Source: Thermoplasmatota archaeon
GTDB lineage: Archaea; Thermoplasmatota; Penumbrarchaeia; Penumbrarchaeales; Penumbrarchaeaceae
NCBI GenBank assembly: GCA_965234725.1
Contig: CBDDUX010000040.1
Location: 32,001-96,000 of the forward strand
Length of the DNA stretch: 64,000 nucleotides
Direction of reading: 5' to 3'
The position numbers and the translations under genes are program-made. How positions within the stretch are numbered: position 1 is the first letter of the stretch; every line of letters starts with the position of its first letter. Below, piece by piece: positions 39,300 through 49,924 of the stretch. The notes below the pieces were generated by a model, which made no database searches, was not told where the DNA came from, and worked only from the letters and a program-made list of their open reading frames with translations.

Positions 39300-40443
39300 G
39301 AGCTTCCACTCCCGAGAACCTCCTGTAGGGGTCGAATCCCTTTAGCACTATGCTATCATTACCTGCGGACCTTTCCGTAATATCCCTGGCAGCGATCTCT
39401 CCTATTCCAGGACCCAGCATGTAACCCTGACCGCACATTCCGGTCAGATGATACAGGCCTTTTACTTCACGGTTCCATCCGACTATAGGTGAACCGTCCG
39501 GTGTCATTGGATAAAGACCCCTCCATACCCTTCTAACGCGTATGTTCTTAAGACGGGGGAGAAGGTCGACCATTCTCCTTGCTACCTGGGGCAGGAATAC
39601 TGATGTCTCCCTCTTGTCAATGCCAGTTATTGGTGGATCAGGTGTTATACAGAAGACAACCTGACCATGAAGGTTCTGGTAGAAGTAGTAGTTCTGGGAT
39701 CCTGGTCCGGGTCTCAGGTCCACAACCATGGCCGTGAAGAAGCTCTTCACAGGTTCTGTTATGGCCCCTTCATGCGATTCCGGGATAACCGGGAGATCGA
39801 TCCCCGCCGGGGAGCATAATTCAGTGGAGAATGGACCTGCGGCATCAACCACGATAGGTGCGAAGAAATTGGTATCTTGAGTGCCGACCCCGATAACTTG
39901 GCCGTTCTCGATAATAAGGTTCTTTACCTCCTCCTTGAATTTGAAATCAACGTCGTTCGCAATTGCATTTCTATAGAATGCATTTGCCGATATAAGGGGT
40001 GATGCCGACCCGTCATTCGGGGAGAAGGTCCCTCCCCTGAGGTCCTTTGGATTGATACCCGGAACAACCTCTATGATCCTGTCAGCGTCCACGAAATCTA
40101 TCTTGAGGCCGTATTCCTTCTGTATCGGAAGGATACTTCTGAGAGCATTTTCTTCGATGTCCCTGTAAACCGGAAAAGTGTATCCTCCGGCCATCCATTC
40201 GATATCATCACCGTACTTCTCTTCCCATCTGGAGAATACTTCAAGTGACCTAAGGGATGTGATTATCTTCGCAGGATCGGAATGGGTCGCTCTGATACCG
40301 CCTATCGCATGCTTGTTCTCCCCCTGACCGGGAGATGGTTTCCTGTCCAGGACCAGGGTCTTTAACCCCATCTCTCCCAGGGACATCGCAAGAGGTGTGC
40401 CGACCGATCCCGCACCTACGACAATAACATCATAATCACTCAT
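39292..40443 (-). CDS. FAD-dependent amine/amino-acid oxidoreductase (proline dehydrogenase beta / sarcosine oxidase beta-like)
   Basis: VVGAGSVG, GGIR, DAAG, WRGLYPMTPDGSP, GMCGQGYMLGP. Confidence 0.88.
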   Translation of the reverse strand: MSDYDVIVVGAGSVGTPLAMSLGEMGLKTLVLDRKPSPGQGENKHAIGGIRATHSDPAKIITSLRSLEVFSRWEEKYGDDIEWMAGGYTFPVYRDIEENALRSILPIQKEYGLKIDFVDADRIIEVVPGINPKDLRGGTFSPNDGSASPLISANAFYRNAIANDVDFKFKEEVKNLIIENGQVIGVGTQDTNFFAPIVVDAAGPFSTELCSPAGIDLPVIPESHEGAITEPVKSFFTAMVVDLRPGPGSQNYYFYQNLHGQVVFCITPDPPITGIDKRETSVFLPQVARRMVDLLPRLKNIRVRRVWRGLYPMTPDGSPIVGWNREVKGLYHLTGMCGQGYMLGPGIGEIAARDITERSAGNDSIVLKGFDPYRRFSGVEALK

Positions 40444-42517
40444 CCGGACCACCTCCGTCCAGACCTGCAAATGCACCAAGCGGGACCTCCACGAAAAGAG
40501 GTCTGTCCGTCCTATCGGTCACATCTTTGAGGGCGATCCCCTCTTCCCTGAATATTCGATATATCATCGGTCTGCATGTTTTGGACCCGCAGGCTCCCAG
40601 ACCTGCTCTGGTGACTGCTTTGAGGTGGTTGAGGTCCCTGACTCCCTCTCTGATGGCTTTTCTGATCTCACCGGCTGTGACCCTTTCACACCTGCAGACT
40701 ATCGCTTCATCAGGCAGAGGGGCATTCTCATAGGTATCCATGGGTTCCGATGATATTTCCTGGACCCATATCCCCACTATCTTCCTGGCCTTATCTTTCT
40801 CAACACTGAACTGAACGAGAAGGGTTCCCGGATATTTCGGGTTCTTCACAACGTTCTTCACAGCATACCTTCCAAGAATGGCGCCATCATTATCTGTCAA
40901 TGCCACTTCTTTTCCGACCTCGATCTTCTCCCTCCATACCTCGTATGGAAGTGTTATCACAGGATTTTTCGGGTCCTTCCTGAAATCAACAAGTGTGATG
41001 GCCAGGCCGGGGCAGATCCCGACACAGCTCATGCATCCGATGCATTTACTGAGGTCCGTCATGTATGGAAGGCCTGTTATCTCGTCCCTTTCGGTCCTCA
41101 ATGCATTAACGGGACATACGGATGTGCAGGGATTGCAGGGGACCTCCTGGGAGCAGTGGAATATCGGGAATACTCCATCTTCTTTGTCAACTTCTTCCCG
41201 GGGTTTGATCGGACCAGGCTTGGACTTGAGTACAGCCGCCTTCATCTCCCATTCAACTGGGATCTCTCCCTGGAATACACCAAGGTCCTTTGCGATCTTC
41301 AACCCCTCTATCCTCCCGGTGAACATGGCTGCCGATGCTTCTGCGATCTCCTGTGCATCACCTGCAACGTATGATTCGAAACCAAACTCCTGCGCCTTCT
41401 TGTGGAACTCGTTCACCTCGTCAAGCCCCACAGCTATCAGGACCGTGTCAACTTCATATGTACGGGAGGTCCCCGGAATGACCTTCCAATCCTCGTCAAG
41501 CCTGGCTACGGTGGCCCTTTCCACCTTGCCATCACCTTCAGCGGATACTATCGTATGCCTTGTTAAAATGGGGACACCCAGCCTTTTTAACTTGTCCGCA
41601 TGGACCTTGTAACCACCAACGTTTGGCAGGGCTTCAATAAGGGCCGCAACCTCTATTCCGGCCTGTATTGCATGATAACCAGCGATCAGACCCACATTGC
41701 CTCCGCCAACGATAAGGACCCGGTCGGATGCTTTGACAAGGTCCCTGTTGACAAGAGTCTGGAAGGCACCGGCACCGTAGACGCCCGGAAGCGTATTTCC
41801 GGGGAATGAGAGCATCTTCTCTCTTGCACCTGTCGCGACAAGGACCTTCTTCGGTCTGATCATTTGGTAGGAACTCTCTTTGACAACACCCACGATACCA
41901 TCGGAGAACACTCCGACTGCAGTTGTCTTCAACCAGATGTCAACGGACTGGAACTTCTCAAGCTCTTGCTGGAGGATGCTGCCGATCTCGTACCCTCTTG
42001 TTCCGGCATATGAATCCTCAACTGATCCGAAGAACTTATGGGTCTGTAGGACTAGCTTTCCCCCCAGCCGGTCCTTGTCATCCACAAGAAGGGTCCTTAT
42101 GCCCAGTTTCCCAAGCTCTATTGAAGCTGAAAGACCTGAGGGGCCCCCTCCTATGACAAGGACATCAACCTCGGTCAGAGGTACCTGAGATGGTTCTGTC
42201 AAACTGTCATCCTCCGGCAGTTCCGGAAGACCTTCGACACTTCTCACATCCATGTTCTCCAAGAGAGGTGTCATGCAGGATTTGACGGGCTTCCCATCTG
42301 CAATAACAAGGCATTGTGCACATTGTCCATTGGCACAGAAGATACCTTGCGGACTACCATCCTTGACATGGTGGCCGAAAACATGAATATCGTTTGCTAT
42401 GAGGGCGGATGAGATAGGTTCACCCTGGAATCCCTTCAATGCATTACCGTTCCAGAGAAAGACTACTTCCTTCCTCTCGGGAACCTCTAGGATCGGATGT
42501 TCATAGATTCTTCTCAT
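40436..42517 (-). CDS. fused 2Fe-2S / FAD-NAD oxidoreductase / 4Fe-4S / BFD-like 2Fe-2S subunit (proline dehydrogenase alpha / HcnAB-like)
   Basis: FCANGQCAQC, IGGGPSG, ATGARE, GGGNVG, CNPCTSVCP..CIGCMSCVGICP, CRCERV..GACGSKTC. Confidence 0.88.
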   Translation of the reverse strand: MRRIYEHPILEVPERKEVVFLWNGNALKGFQGEPISSALIANDIHVFGHHVKDGSPQGIFCANGQCAQCLVIADGKPVKSCMTPLLENMDVRSVEGLPELPEDDSLTEPSQVPLTEVDVLVIGGGPSGLSASIELGKLGIRTLLVDDKDRLGGKLVLQTHKFFGSVEDSYAGTRGYEIGSILQQELEKFQSVDIWLKTTAVGVFSDGIVGVVKESSYQMIRPKKVLVATGAREKMLSFPGNTLPGVYGAGAFQTLVNRDLVKASDRVLIVGGGNVGLIAGYHAIQAGIEVAALIEALPNVGGYKVHADKLKRLGVPILTRHTIVSAEGDGKVERATVARLDEDWKVIPGTSRTYEVDTVLIAVGLDEVNEFHKKAQEFGFESYVAGDAQEIAEASAAMFTGRIEGLKIAKDLGVFQGEIPVEWEMKAAVLKSKPGPIKPREEVDKEDGVFPIFHCSQEVPCNPCTSVCPVNALRTERDEITGLPYMTDLSKCIGCMSCVGICPGLAITLVDFRKDPKNPVITLPYEVWREKIEVGKEVALTDNDGAILGRYAVKNVVKNPKYPGTLLVQFSVEKDKARKIVGIWVQEISSEPMDTYENAPLPDEAIVCRCERVTAGEIRKAIREGVRDLNHLKAVTRAGLGACGSKTCRPMIYRIFREEGIALKDVTDRTDRPLFVEVPLGAFAGLDGGGPDE

Positions 42518-42689
42518 GATCGACACCCCGACGAAAATGATGTCTGGAAAGCGGAGCGTCCCCTGCAATGAGATACTTTTAAAAAATCCTTTGGTAAGAA
42601 GGGATGTCAGGTTTCGGTCCGGCCACCGAAATTCTTAAAGTCAACACTAGCTAATCGCGTATTATTAAATATTATCAGGGGACAATAAG

Positions 42690-45323
42690 ATGAATAGAAT
42701 CAAAACCTCATCCACACTGATCCTGATCGTACTTATCATGGCAGGATCTTTGATCCTTTTTATTGAAAGGGCAACTGCTCAGGAATATCAAGATGAGGTC
42801 AAGCTTTACCTTCACAGGGCAGGCGGGGGAACCATGAGCACAATCCCTCCGGTCCTGGATCCCAGGGAACGATTGGAGATAATGACCATCGGAACCACAA
42901 ATGTCTATAACCTCACCTATCCGCTCACAAGGGAACTCAGTATCACAGGGAACCGTTCAGGCAGCGACATGACCATGAAGCTGTTCCTAATCGGCTCCAC
43001 AGCCATTGGCGTAACCCCATCACATGTTCTCGATGTTCGGGTTATCGAGATAGAAGCCAATGAACAGGAAAATCAGATAGCCGCAAACAGGTTCGAGGGG
43101 GAATCAATGCTTGAGGATGAACTTGATCTTATCTTTACCTCATCATCTTCAGTTACTCTCAAGGAAGGGTCCCGTCTCCATTTGAGGATTATGCTCGAGG
43201 GAGATTCCACCCTCGGATTCAGTTACAGTTACTATGGAACACCGGAGAGCTCACACATCTCCCTAAAAGCCGAACCGATCAGGGAAGAGGATCTCTCCTT
43301 GGACCTAATGGACAGCGAGGGAGGCGAATTGGAAGAACTACTTCCCAACGGACCTGATAGTGCAAGGACCTTCGATGCATCCGTGATGGTCGTTGACGCT
43401 TTTGGTGCCTATGATATCGAAGGTATCAATCTTCTCCTGTCGTCCGGATCGGGAAATTCCATATGGAACCTGACGGACACTCCGGATGAGAGTGGCGGGG
43501 AAATGAATGCATATCTGAACATCTCCCACACCATACCTGAGGGAACCCCTGAGGGAGAATACACTTTGACAGTTACCGTTACCAGCAGGACGGGTCAAAT
43601 GATCATTGATGATACCACACTATTGGTGGCATCGGGACTTCAGGTTACACTGCAGGACCCCGAGAGGGAAGCGGACGCAGGTTCGGTCCTTGAATTCTCC
43701 GTGGCCATATTGAATGGAGGCGAGGGGACAGACAGGGTCACATTCTCACATAATACGAAGCTGGGTTGGAGCATAGAGGACCCGGACCCCATAGAGATAA
43801 ACGGCGGGGATACGAATTCAGTCTCTTTCAGGGTCCAGGTTCCCATCAGATCCTCTCTGGGAGATGAGGATATTATCGATCTCAACATACAGTCAAGGAA
43901 TGCGGATAAGACCTATTCCAGAGAAGCCAGGGTAACGGTTGTCTCTGTGGCAGAGTTCGGTGTCGAGGTAGTGGGTGAGTCCACAAAAGCCGTTGTATCC
44001 GGAGGAGGGTCACAATTCTCGATCAACATCATAAACATCGAGGATGCTGAGTCCACTTTCGAGGTAGGGGTGGAGGATATGCCCCAAGGATGGTCCGTCT
44101 CATACTCGGGGTCCAACGGTTCGACCCAGGGTTCCCTTTTCATTCTGAAAATGGATGGGGACAGTGAAGGTACTGTCGACATGAACATAATGACCTCATC
44201 TGATTCGGACGGAGTGTTCCCCATATCGACCTTTGTCAGGAAACAGGGTGAGACCGAAAAGAGGTCCGTCTACCTCAAATTGAGGGTAGTTGACCCGACA
44301 AGGGACGTTCTGATGCTGATGGATACAACCGATACAAAGCAGTCTGCCAGAGTAGGTTCGAACAACCCGATAGAATACTCTGAGGTCTTCTTCACCCTGG
44401 AGTTCTACAATCCAAGCCTCACTGAATCCAGGATCCGTATCAATGTGTTCGGCCCTACCGGTTGGGACCTGGAATACGACTACGGCTCACTTGACCTTCT
44501 TCCTGGAGAATCCTCCAGTTGGAATATCTCGATAGGACCCAGGGATGGGGAGCTTTACGAACCGGATCCATATGAGGTAAGAGTCGAGGTCGATGGCGGA
44601 AGCATTGGGACCTTTGATAGTGTACTGAAGGTTGAGCTGAAAATGATCACCTCGATCCGCATCGATCCGGAAAAGGATGTTTTTGATATAGTTCAGGGGA
44701 AAGAAGCAATGGTTAATGTTTCATTCATTAACCACGGGAATTACGAAGCCGAGTTGGATATCACCCTTGAATTCCCGGATCAGCTTGAGATCTCATACGA
44801 GACCACAACCCTTACCCTTCAACCAGAGGACCAAGGGACGGTGCGTTTCAAGGTCAAGGTAATGGATGCAGGTGACCAGGGAGGACTGACATTCACGATC
44901 GGCTACGATATCGACGGGATCAAAGGATCAAGGGACATTGCCGTTTTCCCATTGAAAGAGGGATCTGAAAATGCAGGTCCCAATTTCATCTGGATAGGAG
45001 CGGCGATCCTGGCTATAATTGTGATCGGAGCTGTTGGTTTCTTCCTCTATTCAAAATATTACAGGACCGGAGAGAATAACAAGGGCCCGGTCCCTGAAAA
45101 GAAAAATGAACCCTTAGGTCAGGTCAGGATATCAGCTGTACCTCAAAAGAGTGTGGAATCCGGAAGACCCGTCAGACCTCCCAGGTCTGCATCTGTTGAG
45201 AAAGCTGACGATATTGCCAATTCCTTGCTCGGTGAGGACCTTGATAAAAGAGAGATCTCCGGGGGTGTGACAGTGGAAGCCGACAGGGCGCACGAGGTTG
45301 TTACAGCAGAGATCATGGAGTGA
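42690..45323 (+). CDS. secreted multi-Ig-like (NEW3/CARDB-type) surface protein with C-terminal TM
   Basis: signal peptide; repeats such as NGGEGTD, PQGWSV, PTGWDL, NHGNYE; TM near residue 770. Confidence 0.75.
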   Translation: MNRIKTSSTLILIVLIMAGSLILFIERATAQEYQDEVKLYLHRAGGGTMSTIPPVLDPRERLEIMTIGTTNVYNLTYPLTRELSITGNRSGSDMTMKLFLIGSTAIGVTPSHVLDVRVIEIEANEQENQIAANRFEGESMLEDELDLIFTSSSSVTLKEGSRLHLRIMLEGDSTLGFSYSYYGTPESSHISLKAEPIREEDLSLDLMDSEGGELEELLPNGPDSARTFDASVMVVDAFGAYDIEGINLLLSSGSGNSIWNLTDTPDESGGEMNAYLNISHTIPEGTPEGEYTLTVTVTSRTGQMIIDDTTLLVASGLQVTLQDPEREADAGSVLEFSVAILNGGEGTDRVTFSHNTKLGWSIEDPDPIEINGGDTNSVSFRVQVPIRSSLGDEDIIDLNIQSRNADKTYSREARVTVVSVAEFGVEVVGESTKAVVSGGGSQFSINIINIEDAESTFEVGVEDMPQGWSVSYSGSNGSTQGSLFILKMDGDSEGTVDMNIMTSSDSDGVFPISTFVRKQGETEKRSVYLKLRVVDPTRDVLMLMDTTDTKQSARVGSNNPIEYSEVFFTLEFYNPSLTESRIRINVFGPTGWDLEYDYGSLDLLPGESSSWNISIGPRDGELYEPDPYEVRVEVDGGSIGTFDSVLKVELKMITSIRIDPEKDVFDIVQGKEAMVNVSFINHGNYEAELDITLEFPDQLEISYETTTLTLQPEDQGTVRFKVKVMDAGDQGGLTFTIGYDIDGIKGSRDIAVFPLKEGSENAGPNFIWIGAAILAIIVIGAVGFFLYSKYYRTGENNKGPVPEKKNEPLGQVRISAVPQKSVESGRPVRPPRSASVEKADDIANSLLGEDLDKREISGGVTVEADRAHEVVTAEIME

Positions 45324-45327
45324 TATC

Positions 45328-46923
45328 ATGATATCACCTCTGGATGTACCGGTCCTTGATATCAATTCGGAAGAGCTGGGGATCCAGGTTGGAACACTTA
45401 TGGAAAATGCTGGGAAAGCATTATCTCAAACTATAAAGGACAGATACGGTAGAAGTAAAGTATTGATGGTACTCGGAACTGGTAATAATGGAGGGGACGG
45501 AATGGTGGCTGCCCGTCATCTTGTATCAGGAGGTTGCAAAGTCTCCATTTTGATGGCTGGAGACCCATCCAGGATCAGAACGGAGATATCAAGAAGAGCT
45601 TTCGAGGACCTCCCTTCCGAGATCAAGGTCATGACCGTTGAGGATGCCCTCTTAGAAGATGCATCCCAGGACCTTATAGATGGGCATGACATCATAGTTG
45701 ACGGACTGCTGGGTTCAGGTGCTCATGGCCCTCCTAGGGGTGATCATTTAAAGGCGATGGATCTCATCGATCAGAAAAGAAGAGTGGTCTCGATCGACAT
45801 ACCCACCGGCATAGGAACTGCCCATAGCGTATCCGCAGAGGTAACAGTGACATTTCATGATATCAAGACAAATATGTTGGATGGAAATGGAAATGCCAGA
45901 CCCGAATGCGGAGAGATCATCATAAAGGATATCGGCATCCCCCGCTCCGCTTCGACATATGTTGGAAGAGGAGACCTGCTCCGTATTCCGAAGAAGGGGA
46001 GTGACATACACAAGGGAGAAGGAGGGAAACTGCTGGTTATTGGAGGAGGGCCTTTCACGGGTGCTCCAATCCTTGCTTCACTTTCAGGGTTCCGGACCGG
46101 GTGCGACCTTATCAGGGTTGCAGTTCCCAAAGGGATCTGGCAGGTTGTAGCATCCGCCTCCCCCTGCTTGATAACCGAGATGCTGGATACCGATGACCCT
46201 TTCAAACTTGGTCCCGAGATCATTGAAGCCGTCGAACCCATGATCGATTGGGCGGATGCGGTCCTGATAGGACCCGGAAGCGGCAGTGACCGTGGAACCC
46301 TTCAAACTTTGAAGGAGCTGATCGACCTCTCTATTTCAAGGGGAAAAAGGACCTGCATAGATGCAGATGGAATTACCTCTGTATCAAGAAAAACTGGAGA
46401 TTGGCCTCCCATATCAGGAGATGAGGTTCTTCTCACCCCCCATAGAGGTGAGCTTCGCAGACTCCTCGATGGAGCGGGGATCGGTTTTGACGAGGCGCGG
46501 ATGAATGATCCAAATATTAAAAGTGGAGAAATCGAATTATGGTCGGATGAAGCATTGGACCCGGTTGTCAGGTTCACCAAGTTGACCGGAGCAAGTCTTC
46601 TGGTCAAGGGAAGGATCGACATGGTCATGACCCCGCATGGACATTCTCTGAATGACCACATCATGCATCACTCTGTCCATGTGAGATACAACCGGACAGG
46701 AGTTCCTGAAATGAGCGTTGGAGGGACAGGTGATGTTCTAGCGGGTCTCAGTGCGGGATTCATGGCCAGAGGAATGGGGGCCTTCGACTCGGGTTGCGTT
46801 GCATCCTACATCAATGGAAGGGCGGGGGAGATCTGTAAAAAAAGAATGGGGATCTCCCTTACAGCATCAGATATCCTTGGATCGATACCCTATGTTCTAT
46901 CAGGAAACTCATCCTTTTCCTGA
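45328..46923 (+). CDS. nnr: bifunctional NAD(P)HX epimerase/dehydratase (NnrE-NnrD)
   Basis: LMENAG, GTGNNGGDG, DGLLGSG, SIDIPTG, HKG, IDADG, LTPHRGE, GGTGDVLAG. Confidence 0.93.
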   Translation: MISPLDVPVLDINSEELGIQVGTLMENAGKALSQTIKDRYGRSKVLMVLGTGNNGGDGMVAARHLVSGGCKVSILMAGDPSRIRTEISRRAFEDLPSEIKVMTVEDALLEDASQDLIDGHDIIVDGLLGSGAHGPPRGDHLKAMDLIDQKRRVVSIDIPTGIGTAHSVSAEVTVTFHDIKTNMLDGNGNARPECGEIIIKDIGIPRSASTYVGRGDLLRIPKKGSDIHKGEGGKLLVIGGGPFTGAPILASLSGFRTGCDLIRVAVPKGIWQVVASASPCLITEMLDTDDPFKLGPEIIEAVEPMIDWADAVLIGPGSGSDRGTLQTLKELIDLSISRGKRTCIDADGITSVSRKTGDWPPISGDEVLLTPHRGELRRLLDGAGIGFDEARMNDPNIKSGEIELWSDEALDPVVRFTKLTGASLLVKGRIDMVMTPHGHSLNDHIMHHSVHVRYNRTGVPEMSVGGTGDVLAGLSAGFMARGMGAFDSGCVASYINGRAGEICKKRMGISLTASDILGSIPYVLSGNSSFS

Positions 46924-47291
46924 TATAGGTCCATTACCTGTCCGCATGGACAGTGGTACCTTAGATGAAAATCAATTTTGGAGGTATCTATCCGCGTTCC
47001 ACATCCTGGACAAGGGATGGAGAGTCTTCCCTTCAGGAATATTGGCCGAATGCTATCCTTTTTTTGCTTGCTTTTTGATGTCCTATGGAACAAGAGGAGG
47101 ATGATCCCGATGACCCAGAGGATCAGACCAGCGATCCCGAGAGGGGTAGGAAATCCCATATCAAAGAAATTACCCCCCTCATCACCGTTGGTGATGACAA
47201 CAACAGTAATATCGGCCATGAGGGTGAAAGAACCCAGTCCGAAAAGGATGGATGCTGCGATTCCTTTCGTCATCCTCATTGGTGGTACCAT
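46890..47291 (-). CDS. 2-TM membrane protein with C-terminal Zn ribbon
   Basis: two hydrophobic helices, CPGCG...CPCG; start uncertain. Confidence 0.65.
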   Translation of the reverse strand: MVPPMRMTKGIAASILFGLGSFTLMADITVVVITNGDEGGNFFDMGFPTPLGIAGLILWVIGIILLLFHRTSKSKQKKDSIRPIFLKGRLSIPCPGCGTRIDTSKIDFHLRYHCPCGQVMDLYQEKDEFPDRT

Positions 47292-47480
47292 TAGGATTTG
47301 AATGCTGGTCCGGGGTTATATCTGTAACGGAGAGGTTATCAAGGACCTGGTCCGAATAATGATAGATCATCGGAAGGTCCTGTTCTCGGACCGATCGGGT
47401 CGCCTCTGCAATCCTATTTTATATCTGTTATGGATTGAGGTTCAACAGCATACAGGGATATCATCCCGGGGGTGGTAATT

Positions 47481-47846
47481 GTGGCAGAAGAAAAGACAAA
47501 GACCGATTATTTCCCGGATCTGGAATATAGATTCTTTCCCGTAGTCTTCGACGAGAAGGAAATGGAGGGGATCCAGGGACCGGTTTACAGACCGTCAGGA
47601 GAGTTGATGGATCTCGGAGAGACCAAGACCGTTGGAATGGAAAGACCTACGGAAGTATTCCACGATGGTGATGCTAAGGTATATGAACTGTCCACTCAGG
47701 AGATGGACATTAATAAGGAGATTAAGGGATCTGCTCTGGGATCCATACCCTGTCCCAACTGTGGCAACATGATAGACATAACATCCGAAAAAAGACCACT
47801 GAAGATAAAATGCGATAGCTGTGGAAAGAAGGGAAAGCTAGAGTAG
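47481..47846 (+). CDS. hypothetical protein with C-terminal Zn ribbon
   Basis: CPNCG...RPLKIKCDSCGKKG; SD GGGGGTGG before GTG. Confidence 0.75.
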   Translation: MAEEKTKTDYFPDLEYRFFPVVFDEKEMEGIQGPVYRPSGELMDLGETKTVGMERPTEVFHDGDAKVYELSTQEMDINKEIKGSALGSIPCPNCGNMIDITSEKRPLKIKCDSCGKKGKLE

Positions 47847-47864
47847 AGTCAAGGTTGAGGTTCC

Positions 47865-48776
47865 ATGGGAAGGATCAAGATCGGGAACAGCGGTTGGTCC
47901 TACAAGGAGTGGGTCGGTTCTTTCTATCCAAAAGGTTTGAAGCAGGAAAGATTCCTTTCGGAATACTTTTCACATTTCAAGACAGTTGAGATCAATTCCA
48001 CTTTCTACAGGATACCCGATATTCGGTCTGTCAAGAATTGGGCAACCGAGGCGAACAGACACGGAGATAGAGAGTTCTGTGTCAAGGTCCCCCAAACTGT
48101 TTCCCACCAGCTTTGTATGATGGAGGACCCAGATGATATGGTTAAAGCTTATTCCAATTTCAGTTCAATCGTCCTTGAACCCCTTCATGATTCAGGGACC
48201 CTGGGTGCAGTACTTTTCCAGGCATCTCCCTACTTCACCATGAGAGGGGATATAAAATACAGGATGAAGAGCGAACCAAAGGTCCCGCTGCCGGATTACT
48301 CCATGGGATTGGAGCGGCTAAACGAAGTATGTGCCATGATGACAAGGCACCCGGGAGAGGGTGCGGTAGAACTCAGGAATTCATCATGGCTTGATGAGGA
48401 TTCCAAACTTGTTAGTTCCGCTTTGGATGTCCTCAGAAAAAATGGGACCGCATTGGTCACAATTGACGGCCCATCATTCCCATGGATCGAAACTGAATCA
48501 TCCAGACACAATTACATCAGGTTCCATGGGAGGAACAAGGAAGGGTGGTTTAAAAAAATGGATGAGAACCCTTCAGCGAGGTATATGTACAAATATTCCA
48601 ACGAAGAGTTAAGGGAGAGAATAGATCCGATCAAGATAATGGCATCAAAGGTTGACAAGGACACCAGGATATTCTTCAATAATCATCCTCAGGGCTATGC
48701 CCCTCAAAACGCCCTTTCCATCATGGAGATGCTTGGGATCGATCGACCAACCGGAGCAATAGACCGATTCTGGTAA
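47865..48776 (+). CDS. DUF72 (YecE-like) protein
   Basis: IGNSGWSY..W.GSFYP, VEINSTFY, VELRNSSW, YIRFHGRN, FFNNH. Confidence 0.92.
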   Translation: MGRIKIGNSGWSYKEWVGSFYPKGLKQERFLSEYFSHFKTVEINSTFYRIPDIRSVKNWATEANRHGDREFCVKVPQTVSHQLCMMEDPDDMVKAYSNFSSIVLEPLHDSGTLGAVLFQASPYFTMRGDIKYRMKSEPKVPLPDYSMGLERLNEVCAMMTRHPGEGAVELRNSSWLDEDSKLVSSALDVLRKNGTALVTIDGPSFPWIETESSRHNYIRFHGRNKEGWFKKMDENPSARYMYKYSNEELRERIDPIKIMASKVDKDTRIFFNNHPQGYAPQNALSIMEMLGIDRPTGAIDRFW

Positions 48777-48827
48777 GGGGGCCTACTGAAGAAAAAACTT
48801 TATTGTCATCTGGGCCGATCCGCATTC

Positions 48828-49838
48828 ATGAAAAATGAAAGGGAGGCGGAATTCTGGAACGGTCCGAAGGACGGTAAGGTAGGATGCCTTCTATGCCCCC
48901 ATAAATGCAGGATCGGACCTGATCGAAGCGGTATTTGCGGTGTCAGGTTCAACCGTAATGATAGACTGAAGGCAGAAGCTTACGGCATATACCCGGCCAT
49001 ACACATGGATCCCATAGAGAAGAAACCTCTGAACCATTTCATCCCCGGATCGAACATCTTGAGCCTTGGCTCGGTGGGATGCAACCTATCCTGCCTCCAC
49101 TGTCAGAACTGGTCCCTGGCCAGGGCCTCCGTTGAGGGCCTGGATGGAGATGGATTGTCCGTCGATGAACTCTGTAGAAGGTCGACCGCAAGGGGATCGA
49201 TCGGTGTAGCCTTCACGTATAATGAGCCGACGATCAATTATGAGTTTATTATTGACTGCGCTCCCTTGTTGAGAGAAAATGGTTCGAAGGTGGTACTCGT
49301 TACCAACGGATACCTTGAACCAGAACCCTGGGACCTTCTTATGGATCATACTGATGCGGCAAACATTGACGTCAAGGGTTTCACAGAGGAGTTCTACAGG
49401 ACCGTTACAGGAGGATCGCTGGCCCCTGTCCTCAGGAATGTCAGGTCCGCTTTCGAGAAAGGGGTTCACATCGAGATCGCATATCTGGTGATACCTGGAA
49501 AGAACGATGACGGCCAGGTAAATGATTTCATTGATTTCATGATCTCGGAAATATCACCTGAAATTCCAGTCCATTTCAATCGTTTCCACCCCGACCATAA
49601 AATGACCGATATTCCTCCAACACCAAGAGAGACACTTCTTAGTATCAAAAAAAGAGCGATAACAAAAGGAATGGAAAATGTATTCATCGGTAATCTGGGA
49701 GGGACCAAGGAGAATGATACGATCTGCCCATCCTGTGGGAAGACCCTGGTATCAAGAGAAGGTTTCTGGACACCCAAGGTCAGAATAAAAGATGGAAGCT
49801 GTCCAAAATGCAAGAAGAAGGTATACGGGGTTTGGTGA
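48828..49838 (+). CDS. amrS: AmmeMemoRadiSam-type radical SAM enzyme
   Basis: CLLCPHKC, DPIEKKPL.HF.PG, GCNLSCLHCQNW, FTYNEP, RFHP, TICPSCG. Confidence 0.9.
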   Translation: MKNEREAEFWNGPKDGKVGCLLCPHKCRIGPDRSGICGVRFNRNDRLKAEAYGIYPAIHMDPIEKKPLNHFIPGSNILSLGSVGCNLSCLHCQNWSLARASVEGLDGDGLSVDELCRRSTARGSIGVAFTYNEPTINYEFIIDCAPLLRENGSKVVLVTNGYLEPEPWDLLMDHTDAANIDVKGFTEEFYRTVTGGSLAPVLRNVRSAFEKGVHIEIAYLVIPGKNDDGQVNDFIDFMISEISPEIPVHFNRFHPDHKMTDIPPTPRETLLSIKKRAITKGMENVFIGNLGGTKENDTICPSCGKTLVSREGFWTPKVRIKDGSCPKCKKKVYGVW

Positions 49839-49924
49839 ATCTTGTCTGATCCCAATTATGATCGATGAAATTGTAATCGGGGAAGAATATAAACACCATC
49901 ACTGAAATGACCGGAGGACCCCTC

